This document shows, piece after piece, positions 28,021-37,526 of a DNA stretch of 64,000 nt. The notes under the pieces were generated by a model. It was not told the DNA's origin. It made no database searches and was given only the letters and a program-made list of their open reading frames with translations. Position 1 is the stretch's first letter, and each line of letters begins with the position of its first letter. Where the stretch lies: positions 64,001-128,000 of the forward strand of contig JBMOPW010000007.1 in NCBI GenBank assembly GCA_049322915.1, given 5' to 3'. Made by a program: the position numbers and the translations under genes. Source of the DNA: Candidatus Zhuqueibacterota bacterium (lineage in GTDB: Bacteria > Zhuqueibacterota > Zhuqueibacteria > Thermofontimicrobiales > Thermofontimicrobiaceae).

Positions 28021-29297
28021 TTGGGCAGGTCATGGAGCATGTTATTGAACAATTGCGGCGAGGGCAGCGCGTCGCTTTCTGGGCGACCGTGGCGACATTG
28101 CTGCTGGCGGTGCTCAAAGCAGCGATTGGATTGATTTTCAATTCTCAACTCCTTGTGGCGGACGCCTTTCACAGCGGCGCCGACACCATTGCTATTTTTG
28201 CATCGGCGTTTGGTCTGTGGCTTGCCTCGCATGGGAAAAGCGAACGCTTCCCCTATGGATTGTACCGGGCTGAGACCCTGGGAACGCTGGCCGTGGGCGG
28301 ACTCATTGCGTGGGCTGGCATCGAATTGCTCTTTGATGGGTATTTCAAGCTGGTCACCGTGGCGTCGGTCGGAAAATTTCCCACATTGCCGGTGGCTGCG
28401 AGCATCCTCTCCATGATTGTTGCGATTGTTATTGCCACGAAGGAAAGAGAAGTGGGGCAGGCCATTCATTCCCGGTCATTGATCGCCAATGCGCGGGAAT
28501 CGTTTCTCGATATCGGAACGTCATTCGTCGTATTGGCGGGAATTGTATTCGCCTACTTCAGAATTCCCTACATCGAAGGCGCGACGATAATCCTCATCTC
28601 GCTGCTCATTCTGAAATTGGGTTGGGAAAACCTCTGGCGCTCCCTGCTCATTTTGATGGATGCCAATCTGGAAAAAAATCTACAGCGTCACATTGAAGCC
28701 ACTGCTCGGGACGTCTATGGCGTTCGCGATGTGTACGATGTGAAAATTCGGGAAGCCGGGCCATTTCGCATGGTGGAATTGAAATTTGCAGCCAATCCCT
28801 CGTTGACTCTGTACAAAGCCCATGAGCTGTCCGAAGAAATTGTAAAGGCGATCAAACATTCGTTCGATTTCATCGAATCGGTGTTTGTCCATATCGAACC
28901 ATCGGTGAAAAACGAATTGAATGCCATTTTCCCGGTTGAAGAGATTAAAGGGTTGGATTCACGGGTTCACGGCCATTTTGGTCGCGCTCCGTATTATGCA
29001 ATTCTTCGTGTGGAGGGAGAACGGTTCGAAATCGAGGAATTCTATTTGAACGAATTCCTCGATCGAACCAAACATGTCGGTTTGAATGTCGTGAAGGTCA
29101 TTGTGAACTACAACCTGGATATGCTATTCACAACCCAGATCGGCGAAATTTCTTTCTACATGCTCAAAGAAAATTTCATCGATATTTACCGAATTGAAGA
29201 GGATAGCCTGACAATTCGCGAGGTCATTTCGCGCTACCTCAAAAATCAGATACCGCGCATCACATCGCCGACGCACACGGTGGATGAAGCTGTGTAA
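28017..29297 (+). CDS. Cation diffusion facilitator fused to a C-terminal NifB/NifX domain
   Basis: ADAFHSGAD, FPYGLYRAE, SRSLIANA, VFVHIEP, then HGHFGRAPYY...QIGEISF. Confidence 0.88.
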   Translation: MIGQVMEHVIEQLRRGQRVAFWATVATLLLAVLKAAIGLIFNSQLLVADAFHSGADTIAIFASAFGLWLASHGKSERFPYGLYRAETLGTLAVGGLIAWAGIELLFDGYFKLVTVASVGKFPTLPVAASILSMIVAIVIATKEREVGQAIHSRSLIANARESFLDIGTSFVVLAGIVFAYFRIPYIEGATIILISLLILKLGWENLWRSLLILMDANLEKNLQRHIEATARDVYGVRDVYDVKIREAGPFRMVELKFAANPSLTLYKAHELSEEIVKAIKHSFDFIESVFVHIEPSVKNELNAIFPVEEIKGLDSRVHGHFGRAPYYAILRVEGERFEIEEFYLNEFLDRTKHVGLNVVKVIVNYNLDMLFTTQIGEISFYMLKENFIDIYRIEEDSLTIREVISRYLKNQIPRITSPTHTVDEAV

Positions 29298-29342
29298 CGC
29301 GCATCCGCACATCGCGCCGGCGTATCTTCCGCGCCCTGCGAC

Positions 29343-31439
29343 CTATCGTCTGTCTTTCTCTTTCCGGCGTTTCTCCACAATCTCTTCTGCAATTGAAAAT
29401 GGGACGACTTCATAATGATCGAAATGCATCGATGCGCTGCCCCGGCCAGAGGTGATATTTCGTAACTCTGTGGTGTAACCGAACATTTCCGCCAATGGCA
29501 CCTGAGCCTTCACAACTCGCGTCCCGTTTTTGGCATCCATGCTGAGAATCTTGCCGCGCTTGCTCACGATGCTCCCGGTGATCCCGCCCAAGAATTCTTC
29601 CGAGGCGGTTATCTCAACGGACATCACAGGCTCCAGCAGTTTGGGGCCGGCCTTCTGAAATGCGGCTTTGAAACACATGGACCCGGCAATCCGGAATGCC
29701 ATTTCTGAAGAGTCGACGTCATGGAACGACCCATCGATGAGCGTACACCGCACGTTCACCACTGGAAAGCCGGCGTACGGGCCAAATTCCATGGCATCGA
29801 TAATTCCTTTTTCGATGGCTGGAATATATTCCTTGGGTATGACGCCGCCGATCGTCTTATTGATGAATTCGAACCCTTTTCCCGGTGGCAGTGGCTCCAC
29901 TTCCAAAACCACGTGCGCGAATTGTCCGTGACCGCCGGATTGCTTCGCGTATTTGGTATTTTCCGTGACCGAATTGTAGATGGTCTCGCGATAGGAAACC
30001 TGGGGCACACCGATATCTGTCTCCACCTTGAACTCGCGCTTGAGCCGATCCAGTAAAATTTCCAGATGCAATTCGCCCATCCCGGAGATGACGGTTTCGC
30101 TGGTTTCAGCATCGCTTTTCACGATAAAGGTGGGATCTTCCTCAGCCAGTTTAAGAAGGCTGAGCGAGAGCTTCTCCCGATCCTGCTTGCTTTTCGGCTT
30201 GACAGCGATGGAAACGACCGGCGTCGGGAATTCAATCGCTTCCAGGACAATCGGATGGTCATCGATACAGATTGTATCCCCGGTGGATGATTCGCTCAAA
30301 CCGACAATTGCGCCGATTTCGCCGCAGTATATGGCCTCTTTGCTTTCTATTTTATTGGCATGCACCTGAAAAATTCGTCCGATGCGCTGCCGTTTTTTCT
30401 GGGTTGAATTGTACACATAGGAGCCTGCTTCAATGGAGCCGGAATAGACCCGAATATAAGCAAGCTTGCCGCGATGTTTATCCGTCATGATTTTGAATAC
30501 CAGCGCGGAAAAGTGCTCATCATCCGCCGGCTTTCGTTCCAGCGTGGCCTCATCATCCGATCTCGAAATGCCAATCACCGGCGGCCGGTCAGCCGGAGAA
30601 GGCAGGTAATAGACAATCGCATCCAATAATTTTCGGATGCCTTTGTTTTTGTAGGCGGAACCGCACATGGCCGGGACAATGGAGAGGCTCAGCGTTGCTG
30701 CCCGCAAGGCATCCCGTATCTGCTGTTTGCCAGGCGCTTTGCCTTCAATATACATATTGAACAACTCTTCATCCTGTTCCGCAATTTTCTCGATCATGTT
30801 CTTCCGATATATGTCCACCAACTCCTTCATGTCGTCGGGGATGTCGGTTTCCATGTACGACTGGTTCAATGAGGAGTCATCGTAAAAAATGGCCTTCATT
30901 TCGACGAGGTCGATGATACCCCGAAACTGATCTTCAGCGCCAATGGGGATGACGATGGGCACCACATTCGCGCCGAGCATCTCCTCAATCTCTTTGATCA
31001 CGGTGTAAAAGTCCGCGCCGATGCGGTCCATTTTATTGACGAACGCAATCTTGGGAATCGCGTATTTTTCAGATTGCCGCCACACAGTCTCCGACTGCGG
31101 CTGAACGCCTCCCACTGCGCAAAACAGGGCGATGGTTCCGTCCAGCACGCGCAGGCTGCGCTCGACTTCTGCTGTGAAATCGACGTGTCCCGGCGTGTCG
31201 ATGATATTAATCTCGTGATTTTTCCATGTCGTGGTTGTCGCCGCCGAAGTGATAGTAATACCACGCTCTTTCTCCTGTTCCATCCAGTCCATTGTCGCCT
31301 GTCCATCATGCACTTCTCCCACTTTATGAATTCTACCGGAATAGAATAGAATCCGTTCGGTGGTCGTTGTTTTACCTGCATCGATATGGGCCATTATGCC
31401 AATGTTACGAACTTTTTCTAATGGTAAAATTGTAGACAC
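29343..31439 (-). CDS. fusA: Elongation factor G (stand-alone paralog)
   Basis: [50 protein letters not shown]. Confidence 0.95.
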   Translation of the reverse strand: MSTILPLEKVRNIGIMAHIDAGKTTTTERILFYSGRIHKVGEVHDGQATMDWMEQEKERGITITSAATTTTWKNHEINIIDTPGHVDFTAEVERSLRVLDGTIALFCAVGGVQPQSETVWRQSEKYAIPKIAFVNKMDRIGADFYTVIKEIEEMLGANVVPIVIPIGAEDQFRGIIDLVEMKAIFYDDSSLNQSYMETDIPDDMKELVDIYRKNMIEKIAEQDEELFNMYIEGKAPGKQQIRDALRAATLSLSIVPAMCGSAYKNKGIRKLLDAIVYYLPSPADRPPVIGISRSDDEATLERKPADDEHFSALVFKIMTDKHRGKLAYIRVYSGSIEAGSYVYNSTQKKRQRIGRIFQVHANKIESKEAIYCGEIGAIVGLSESSTGDTICIDDHPIVLEAIEFPTPVVSIAVKPKSKQDREKLSLSLLKLAEEDPTFIVKSDAETSETVISGMGELHLEILLDRLKREFKVETDIGVPQVSYRETIYNSVTENTKYAKQSGGHGQFAHVVLEVEPLPPGKGFEFINKTIGGVIPKEYIPAIEKGIIDAMEFGPYAGFPVVNVRCTLIDGSFHDVDSSEMAFRIAGSMCFKAAFQKAGPKLLEPVMSVEITASEEFLGGITGSIVSKRGKILSMDAKNGTRVVKAQVPLAEMFGYTTELRNITSGRGSASMHFDHYEVVPFSIAEEIVEKRRKEKDRR

Positions 31440-31479
31440 AACTAACTCCTTTAACTGATCAATAGCTCAATTGCTTAAA

Positions 31480-31515
31480 AACAGAAAACAAAGAGGAAGG
31501 CCTTCGCCTTCCTCT
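31480..31515 (-). terminator. Terminator-like hairpin in the fusA 5' leader
   Basis: Minus strand AGAGGAAGGC-GAAG-GCCTTCCTCT followed by TTGTTTTCTGTTTTT. Confidence 0.55.
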
Positions 31516-31533
31516 ATAATTTTAAAGGCGGAA

Positions 31534-31562
31534 AATATACTGGTATTTATATTAAAAGTCAA
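31534..31562 (-). promoter_or_regulatory. sigma70-type promoter for fusA
   Basis: TTGACT-N17-TATATT on the minus strand. Confidence 0.6.
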
Positions 31563-31907
31563 TAGTTATTTTCAGAATTATTGAATTTGAGGATGCGATC
31601 TGGCGCTCTCACGGAATTGCCAGGCGGAACATGTTCGGCCTGATTCAATCGAAACGTTGCAGCCGTTGAGTTTTTAAAATGGTTGAACAGCGACAGTCAA
31701 TGTCTGACGCCCAATGCACCGCAGGTTTTTTAGCTTGATTATTCCATAATTTTTTTGTATATAATACCGCGCAGCGAGCCTAACCCATCGGAAGATAAAG
31801 CCGATTGCGAAGAATTTCAAGTCGCCGAGGTGTTGGCGGAGCATGAAAAAACCTGTCTGGTTTGATAACAAAATGAACTTATCCCTATATTTTCACGGAG
31901 GCGAAGT

Positions 31908-32828
31908 ATGAAACCCATCGATAGACGACAATTTTTGAAAACAGCCGGTGCGGCCGGATTGGCGCTGAGCGGATTCGGCAGTTTGCCGTTCGGCTTTGGC
32001 AGAGAAAAAGCGGTCGGCGGCATTGATTTATCCGTTGTTCAAAATGGTGAACCGGCGGCTATGGTCCGCATGGCCATCGAGGTGCTCGGCGGAATTGGCA
32101 AATTTGTGAACAAGGGCGATGTGGTCGTGGTGAAGCCGAATATTGGTTGGGACCGCGTGCCGGAACAAGCTGCCACAACGAATCCCGACGTCGTTGCGGA
32201 GATTGTCAATCTATGCGTCAAAGCCGGAGCCTCTCGCGTCAAGGTTTTTGATAACACCTGCAATGAAGCGCGGCGCTGCTATATGCGCAGTGAAATTGAA
32301 TCGGCTGCTGAAAAAGCCGGCGCCGATGTCAGTTTCATGTATGATCAAAAATACAAAAAAGTGACGATTGAAAAAGGGATTGCCGTTCAATCCTGGGAAT
32401 TTTATCAGGATGCGTTGGAGGCGGATGTGTTCATCAATGTGCCCATTGCAAAGCATCATTCATTGTCCAGAGTGACGCTGGGGATGAAAAATATGATGGG
32501 CATCATCGGCGGGAATCGTGGAAAAATTCACAACCAGTTCGAAAAGAAAATCGTGGATATGAATCTCGTGGTCAGGCCACAGTTGACCATCATCGATGCG
32601 GTGCGCATGCTGATGGCCAATGGGCCGGTCGGCGGCAATTTGAACGATGTCAAAAAGATGGATACCATCATCGCCGGCGTGGATATTGTGGCGGTGGATG
32701 CCTATGGCGCTACTCTTTTTGGCCATGCGCCGGAAGACCTGGGCTTCATCCGCGAGGCGCATCAGCGGGGGCTGGGCACGATGAATCTGAAGGAATTGAA
32801 GATCGAAAAGGTCAATTTAGCGGCGTAG
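31908..32828 (+). CDS. DUF362 domain protein with Tat-like signal
   Basis: IDRRQFLK, VVVKPNIGWD, TTNPDVV, INVPIAKHH, TLGMKNMMG, DIVAVDAY. Confidence 0.85.
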   Translation: MKPIDRRQFLKTAGAAGLALSGFGSLPFGFGREKAVGGIDLSVVQNGEPAAMVRMAIEVLGGIGKFVNKGDVVVVKPNIGWDRVPEQAATTNPDVVAEIVNLCVKAGASRVKVFDNTCNEARRCYMRSEIESAAEKAGADVSFMYDQKYKKVTIEKGIAVQSWEFYQDALEADVFINVPIAKHHSLSRVTLGMKNMMGIIGGNRGKIHNQFEKKIVDMNLVVRPQLTIIDAVRMLMANGPVGGNLNDVKKMDTIIAGVDIVAVDAYGATLFGHAPEDLGFIREAHQRGLGTMNLKELKIEKVNLAA

Positions 32829-33015
32829 CGACAGAGAGCGATGCAGCCATTCCATGCCCTGATGACGCGCCCGGTGAATTCAAGTTTTTCCCCGATGGGC
32901 AACTGGCACTCGTGGCGACCTGTGGCATGGCGCTACCCTGAGCCAGTTCCCGGGAATGGGCTGACTGAGATTTCATGCAATTTTATCACGGATATAAACG
33001 TTGCCACAGGTGAAT

Positions 33016-34539
33016 ATGCTCACTGCACGTAGAATTTCACAAGTCGTTTTTTTTCTGTTATTCATCTATCTGTTCATTCGGGCTGCATTCCCGTACGAGA
33101 GTATGATCCCATCGGATCTGTTCCTGAAATTCAGTCCGCTCATTGCCATCACCACATTTCTGGCGACTAAGAAATTTCTGGCGACCATGCTCATTGGTCT
33201 CGCGGTGCTGGCTCTTTCCGTTGCGCTGGGGCGTTATTTTTGCGGATGGGTGTGTCCGCTGGGCGCATCTATCGACCTGGCCGACCGGCTGATTCGCCTC
33301 AAGAAACGGGCCGCCCAACCTGACCGGCGGCTGAGGGCATGGAAGTATTCGATCCTCATTGTGGCGCTTGTGACGGCTCTGTTTTCAACCCAGTTCATCT
33401 GGTTCTTCGACCCGATAGTCATTATGACGCGAACAGTCACCTCGTCGCTGTATCCGGCGTTTGCTTATCTCACCACAGGAATGTTCAACCTTGTGTTGGG
33501 ACTCGGCCTTTTTCAGGATACGTTTTACAGTTGGTTCGATTTTTTGCGGGAAACCGTGCTGCCGTTGGAGCCATTATTCTTTCAGCAGAGCATGGTGTTT
33601 GTGGTTATTTTCACCGCGATTCTGCTGCTGGGGCTCATCGCCCGAAGGTACTGGTGCCGCTATCTGTGTCCGCTGGGAGCGCTGTTCGGACTTGTGGCGA
33701 CCTTGCGCCGGACAAAAGGAATTGTCACGTCCGATCAATGCACTGATTGCGGCTTGTGCAAGCGGGAATGTAAGATGGACGCCATTAACGATGATTTCCG
33801 CAGCCACTCCAGCGCGGAATGTATTGAATGCATGAGTTGTCTGGCAGTATGCCCGGTTCATGCCATCAGCTATCAGTTGAAGCCGGCGCGGGCCGCGCAG
33901 AAGCTGGATATTTCGAAGCGGCGATTTGTGCTTTCATCATTGAGCGGCATTGCTGTGTTGAGCGCGATGAATACTGGTTTCCGAAACATAGTGACTGCTC
34001 AACAATCGCTGCGGCCCCCAGGCGCGCTGCCGGAACCAGAATTCCTGGATCGCTGCGTCCGCTGCCAGGAGTGCGTGAAGATTTGTTCTTCCACCGGCGG
34101 ATGTCTGCAGCCAGCCTTCCTGGAAAGCGGCTGGGAGGGGATTTGGTCGCCAGTGGTCAATGCCCGGCATGGTTATTGTGAGTACAATTGCAATTTATGC
34201 GGCCAGGTCTGTCCCACCGGCGCCATTCACCCGCTGGATTTGGAGACCAAGAAAAAGATGCGGATGGGCACTGCCTACTTCGATAAGAGTCGCTGCATTC
34301 CCTGGTATCGCGGCGAAGATTGCCTTGTCTGCGAAGAGCACTGTCCGCTGCCGGATAAAGCGATAAAATTTGACATCCGCGAAGCGCGCCGACCGGATGG
34401 CGTCTCGCAGATCGTGAAATTCCCTTATGTGGACGAATCGCTCTGCATTGGCTGCGGCATCTGCGTCACCAAATGTCCAGTCGAAGGGCCTGGCGGCATT
34501 TTTCTGACCACTGCTCTGGAACAACGTTGGGAAGGATGA
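33016..34539 (+). CDS. Membrane polyferredoxin (NapH/MauN-like fused to NapG/MauM-like)
   Basis: GRYFCGWVCPLG, YWCRYLCPLG, several CxxCxxCxxxCP motifs, LRPPGALPEPEF. Alternative TTG start at 33001. Confidence 0.85.
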   Translation: MLTARRISQVVFFLLFIYLFIRAAFPYESMIPSDLFLKFSPLIAITTFLATKKFLATMLIGLAVLALSVALGRYFCGWVCPLGASIDLADRLIRLKKRAAQPDRRLRAWKYSILIVALVTALFSTQFIWFFDPIVIMTRTVTSSLYPAFAYLTTGMFNLVLGLGLFQDTFYSWFDFLRETVLPLEPLFFQQSMVFVVIFTAILLLGLIARRYWCRYLCPLGALFGLVATLRRTKGIVTSDQCTDCGLCKRECKMDAINDDFRSHSSAECIECMSCLAVCPVHAISYQLKPARAAQKLDISKRRFVLSSLSGIAVLSAMNTGFRNIVTAQQSLRPPGALPEPEFLDRCVRCQECVKICSSTGGCLQPAFLESGWEGIWSPVVNARHGYCEYNCNLCGQVCPTGAIHPLDLETKKKMRMGTAYFDKSRCIPWYRGEDCLVCEEHCPLPDKAIKFDIREARRPDGVSQIVKFPYVDESLCIGCGICVTKCPVEGPGGIFLTTALEQRWEG

Positions 34540-34605
34540 CGGTTTTACAATCAATGCATCGACTTTTTCAGGTGAATCTCAGGAATCCGAATCACTCCGT
34601 TATTC

Positions 34606-34771
34606 GTAACTATACAAGTTGTTAGGTTCATCGTTCAAAGTTGAAAGTGAATGACCTTTCCTGGTCGATTCCCGCGCTGGTTGCCGGTGTTGAATTGCTT
34701 CAGTTAGTTTAATTTTAATCTCTTGTAAACCTTGACCTGGCATCTTTGGAACTTTGAACTGGAATGGTTGC
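34606..34771. mobile_element. Degenerate GTAA-ended MITE with heptamer arms (left member of a tandem pair)
   Basis: Ends GTAACTATACAAGTT / AACTGGAATGGTTGC (11/15). Shares AGGTTCATCGTTC with copies 1 and 2. Flanked by CGTTATTC (34598-34605) and CGATATTA (34772-34779). Confidence 0.65.
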
Positions 34772-34906
34772 CGATATTAGTAACCGATCACAGGGTGGTT
34801 AAGAATGACAGGATAACAGGATGTTTGGGATAGACAGGATTAATAAACTTTAGCTCTTTATCATGTTAATCAAAACATAATCGTGTAAATCACAAAAGGC
34901 TGCGTA

Positions 34907-35352
34907 ATGGAACTTGCAAGCTTGACTGAAAAAATTATTGGCTGTGCTTACAAAGTATATAACATGTTAGGATTTGGTTTTTTGGAGTCTGTTTACCCCG
35001 TGTAATAAAACAAATAGAAATTAATAGCAAGAGAAACAATAGCATATTACACGGGGTGAATGAAAATGCCCTGACAATTGAATTAAAAACAATGGGATTT
35101 GCTGTAGAAAGACAAAAACCCATAAAGGTTAATTATGAAGGAGTAGTCGTCGGCAATTTTAAAGCGGATATCATTGTCGACGAGCTGATCATCATTGAAT
35201 TGAAATCCGTAGAAAAAATAGTAAAGGAGTTTGAAGTCCAGTTGGTGAATTATCTAACGGCCACTATCAAACCAGTAGGCTTATTGCTGAATTTCTCTCC
35301 ACATAAGGTAGAAGTAAAAAGAAAGGTGAGGATATTACCGGATAGAGAATAA
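34907..35352 (+). pseudogene. GxxExxY family protein (PD-(D/E)xK-like) interrupted by a 65-bp insertion
   Basis: MELASLTEKIIGCAYKVYNMLGFGFLESVY | ENALTIELK...FKADIIVDELIIIELKSV...QLVNYLTAT...GLLLNF. Removing 34996-35060 restores a 126-aa ORF. Confidence 0.9.
34996..35060. repeat. 65-bp hairpin insertion element
   Basis: Perfect 12-bp inverted repeat CCCCGTGTAATA (34996-35007) / TATTACACGGGG (35045-35056) around an A-rich loop. Confidence 0.85.
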
Positions 35353-35571
35353 TCCGGTAAATCATTATCATCCTGTTATCCTGTCCAAAGTAAACAAATA
35401 CAACTTTTGATCCCCTGGGATCAATTACCGATATTCAAATTTAACCTAATTAAAATTCAGGAATAAGCGATAATATAGATAACCCGAATTCCCCGGCGAC
35501 GAAGACCGGAATGATATGTAAATGGATATGTTGAAGTGTCAAGTTTTCATTTAAAAAGAGGATCTGCGACA

Positions 35572-36516
35572 GTGAACACGGAAGAATCAGTATCTCAAAA
35601 TACCAATCAAGCGCCAAAGGAATTTTACCAGATCAGCCTGGATCCTGGTGCGGAACTGCCAGTGCGATTGCATGAGTTGGTGGATAAATTCAATATCTGT
35701 TTTCGGGATAATATGTTCAATCTGGTCGTGGACATGGGCAAGGTAAAATTGCCTCCGACAAAATTTATCGTCGCATTGATTGAAGCCACCTCCGAAGCGA
35801 GGCGCATGGGCGGCGATATTAAAATTATCAATATCAGCCCCTCGGTCATGAATAACCTCGTCACGTTTTCGCCCAAGACGTATTTGAATATCGAACCGTC
35901 GGAAAGGCATGCGTTGCGCGAGTTCGGTGAAACTTTTGATAATGAAATTGAGTTTGATATAAACGACAAAATAAAAATTGCTCTTCCGCAGCAGCGAGGT
36001 AGTGCCTCTCCAAAACGTGTGGAATCGAAACCACAGCCAGCGGCAGCGGTCCAGGACCCACCGTATGAGCTGGATCTGGAAGCGATGGATAAAATTCGCG
36101 TCTATAGCAAAGCCGAAAATCTCTACAAGATTTGTGATTTTGTCCTGGAACGCGCGGAGTGCGCCGGCTTCGATGAGCGGGAGCTCGGGAAGATCAAAGT
36201 GACTGTATACGAAGCGTGCCTGAATGTCGTGGAGCATGCTTATTTCTCCAATCCGGACTACATTATCGATGTCTATGTGGATTATAACGAGGAGCGATTC
36301 ACCATTGTCATTCAGGACTGGGGTGAAAGTTTCGAGTTCAATCCTTCGATTTCATACGATGTGGAACAGGCTGTAAAAGATAGGCGGACAGGCGGATTTG
36401 GTCTGCATATCATCAAGCGAACCGTCGATGATATCTATTACATGAGCGATGAGAAGCTGGGAAATCGGTTGGTCTTAATAAAAAAAATTACGGATAATAA
36501 TCAAATCATTCGGTGA
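35572..36516 (+). CDS. Degenerate STAS domain fused to an RsbW-like anti-sigma factor Ser/Thr kinase (HATPase)
   Basis: N-terminal LVVDMGKV...ARRMGGDIKIINISPSV. C-terminal EACLNVVEHAY, IQDWGESF, GGFGLHIIKRTVD. Start uncertain (35536 or 35572). Confidence 0.8.
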   Translation: MNTEESVSQNTNQAPKEFYQISLDPGAELPVRLHELVDKFNICFRDNMFNLVVDMGKVKLPPTKFIVALIEATSEARRMGGDIKIINISPSVMNNLVTFSPKTYLNIEPSERHALREFGETFDNEIEFDINDKIKIALPQQRGSASPKRVESKPQPAAAVQDPPYELDLEAMDKIRVYSKAENLYKICDFVLERAECAGFDERELGKIKVTVYEACLNVVEHAYFSNPDYIIDVYVDYNEERFTIVIQDWGESFEFNPSISYDVEQAVKDRRTGGFGLHIIKRTVDDIYYMSDEKLGNRLVLIKKITDNNQIIR

Positions 36517-36520
36517 GGAT

Positions 36521-36745
36521 ATGAAACAACAAAATTCGCTCTATGAAGAAATGAAAAAATTTAGGAGTGAAAAAAAATTGTACAGTATTGTGTTGCTGGT
36601 ATTAGGTGTGATAGGCTTGGTGCTCCCAATTATTCCCGGCTTTCTGTTTATTGGTCTCGGTCTTGCGCTGCTTTATCCGAAGCAGGGGACAGAATTGCTT
36701 GAAAGGATCAAAAGGTGGTTCAGATCAATATTTTCCATATTTTAA
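36521..36745 (+). CDS. Small membrane protein (DUF454/PGPGW-like)
   Basis: LGVIGLVLPIIPGFLFIGLGLALL hairpin; GAGG RBS. Confidence 0.7.
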   Translation: MKQQNSLYEEMKKFRSEKKLYSIVLLVLGVIGLVLPIIPGFLFIGLGLALLYPKQGTELLERIKRWFRSIFSIF

Positions 36746-36809
36746 GATGATGTATTCAATTGGGAATACTTATTATTTGTTTGTATAAACATAGGAGGAG
36801 GAAGTTCAA

Positions 36810-37505
36810 ATGTTTGGATTCTTTTCGATGACAGATTTAATGCTGCTGGTACCGGCATTTCTGCTGGCACTGTACGCACAAATGAAGGTGAAAAGAACAT
36901 ATTCGCACTATAATAAAGTTCCTTCCCGCAGCGGTTTGACCGGAGCTCAGGTCGCCCGTAATATTTTACGCCAGAACAATGTATCGGATGTGGAAGTCGA
37001 GGAGATAGGCGGAACCCTGTCCGATCATTACGACCCGCGGGCGAAGAAACTGCGGTTATCCAGCGACATCTATCATTCATCGTCCGTTGCAGCGTTGGGA
37101 ATTGCTGCGCACGAAGTGGGACACGCCATTCAGCATCGCGTGCAATACGCGCCGCTCCATTTCCGGAACGGACTTTTCCCTGTGGCCAATATTGGTTCGC
37201 AATTAGCCATGCCGTTATTCATCGCTGGTATGTTTTTTCAACGGAGCATGGGATTTTTAATGGACGTCGGGATTTTGCTCTTTGTCGGTGCAGTGCTGTT
37301 TCAGGTCATCACGCTCCCGGTGGAGTTCAATGCCAGCAGCCGCGCTTTGGTGCAGTTGGAGAACGGCGGCTATCTGACGCGCGATGAAATTCAACCGGCG
37401 CGAAAAGTACTCTCCGCTGCAGCGCTCACCTATGTCGCTGCGACCGCAGTAGCGATTATGCATCTTGTCCGACTCCTTTTAATTCGCGGGTCCGGAGACG
37501 AATAA
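36810..37505 (+). CDS. Membrane zinc metallopeptidase (YugP / Zn_peptidase_2)
   Basis: LSDHYDP, AAHEVGHAIQH, TLPVEFNASSRA, AAALTYVAA. Confidence 0.92.
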   Translation: MFGFFSMTDLMLLVPAFLLALYAQMKVKRTYSHYNKVPSRSGLTGAQVARNILRQNNVSDVEVEEIGGTLSDHYDPRAKKLRLSSDIYHSSSVAALGIAAHEVGHAIQHRVQYAPLHFRNGLFPVANIGSQLAMPLFIAGMFFQRSMGFLMDVGILLFVGAVLFQVITLPVEFNASSRALVQLENGGYLTRDEIQPARKVLSAAALTYVAATAVAIMHLVRLLLIRGSGDE

Positions 37506-37526
37506 TAACTGGCAAAGAAGTGAAGT

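Larger units (their letters stand above)
34780..35428. mobile_element. 649-bp non-autonomous GTAA-ended element carrying a GxxExxY gene
   Basis: TIRs GTAACCGATCACAGGG / CCCTGGGATCAATTAC (13/16). Flanks CGATATTA / CGATATTC. Perfect inner 17-bp inverted repeat GACAGGATAACAGGATG (34807-34823) / CATCCTGTTATCCTGTC (35369-35385). Confidence 0.8.

Noticed and set aside
27047..29297. Nitrogen fixation locus
   Set aside because: NifB/X-like domains occur widely in non-diazotrophs, and there is no nifHDK or nifEN here.
31760..31900. Possible riboswitch in the DUF362 leader
   Set aside because: Some pairing potential, but no consensus of a riboswitch class I can recognise; an Rfam/Infernal scan would be needed.
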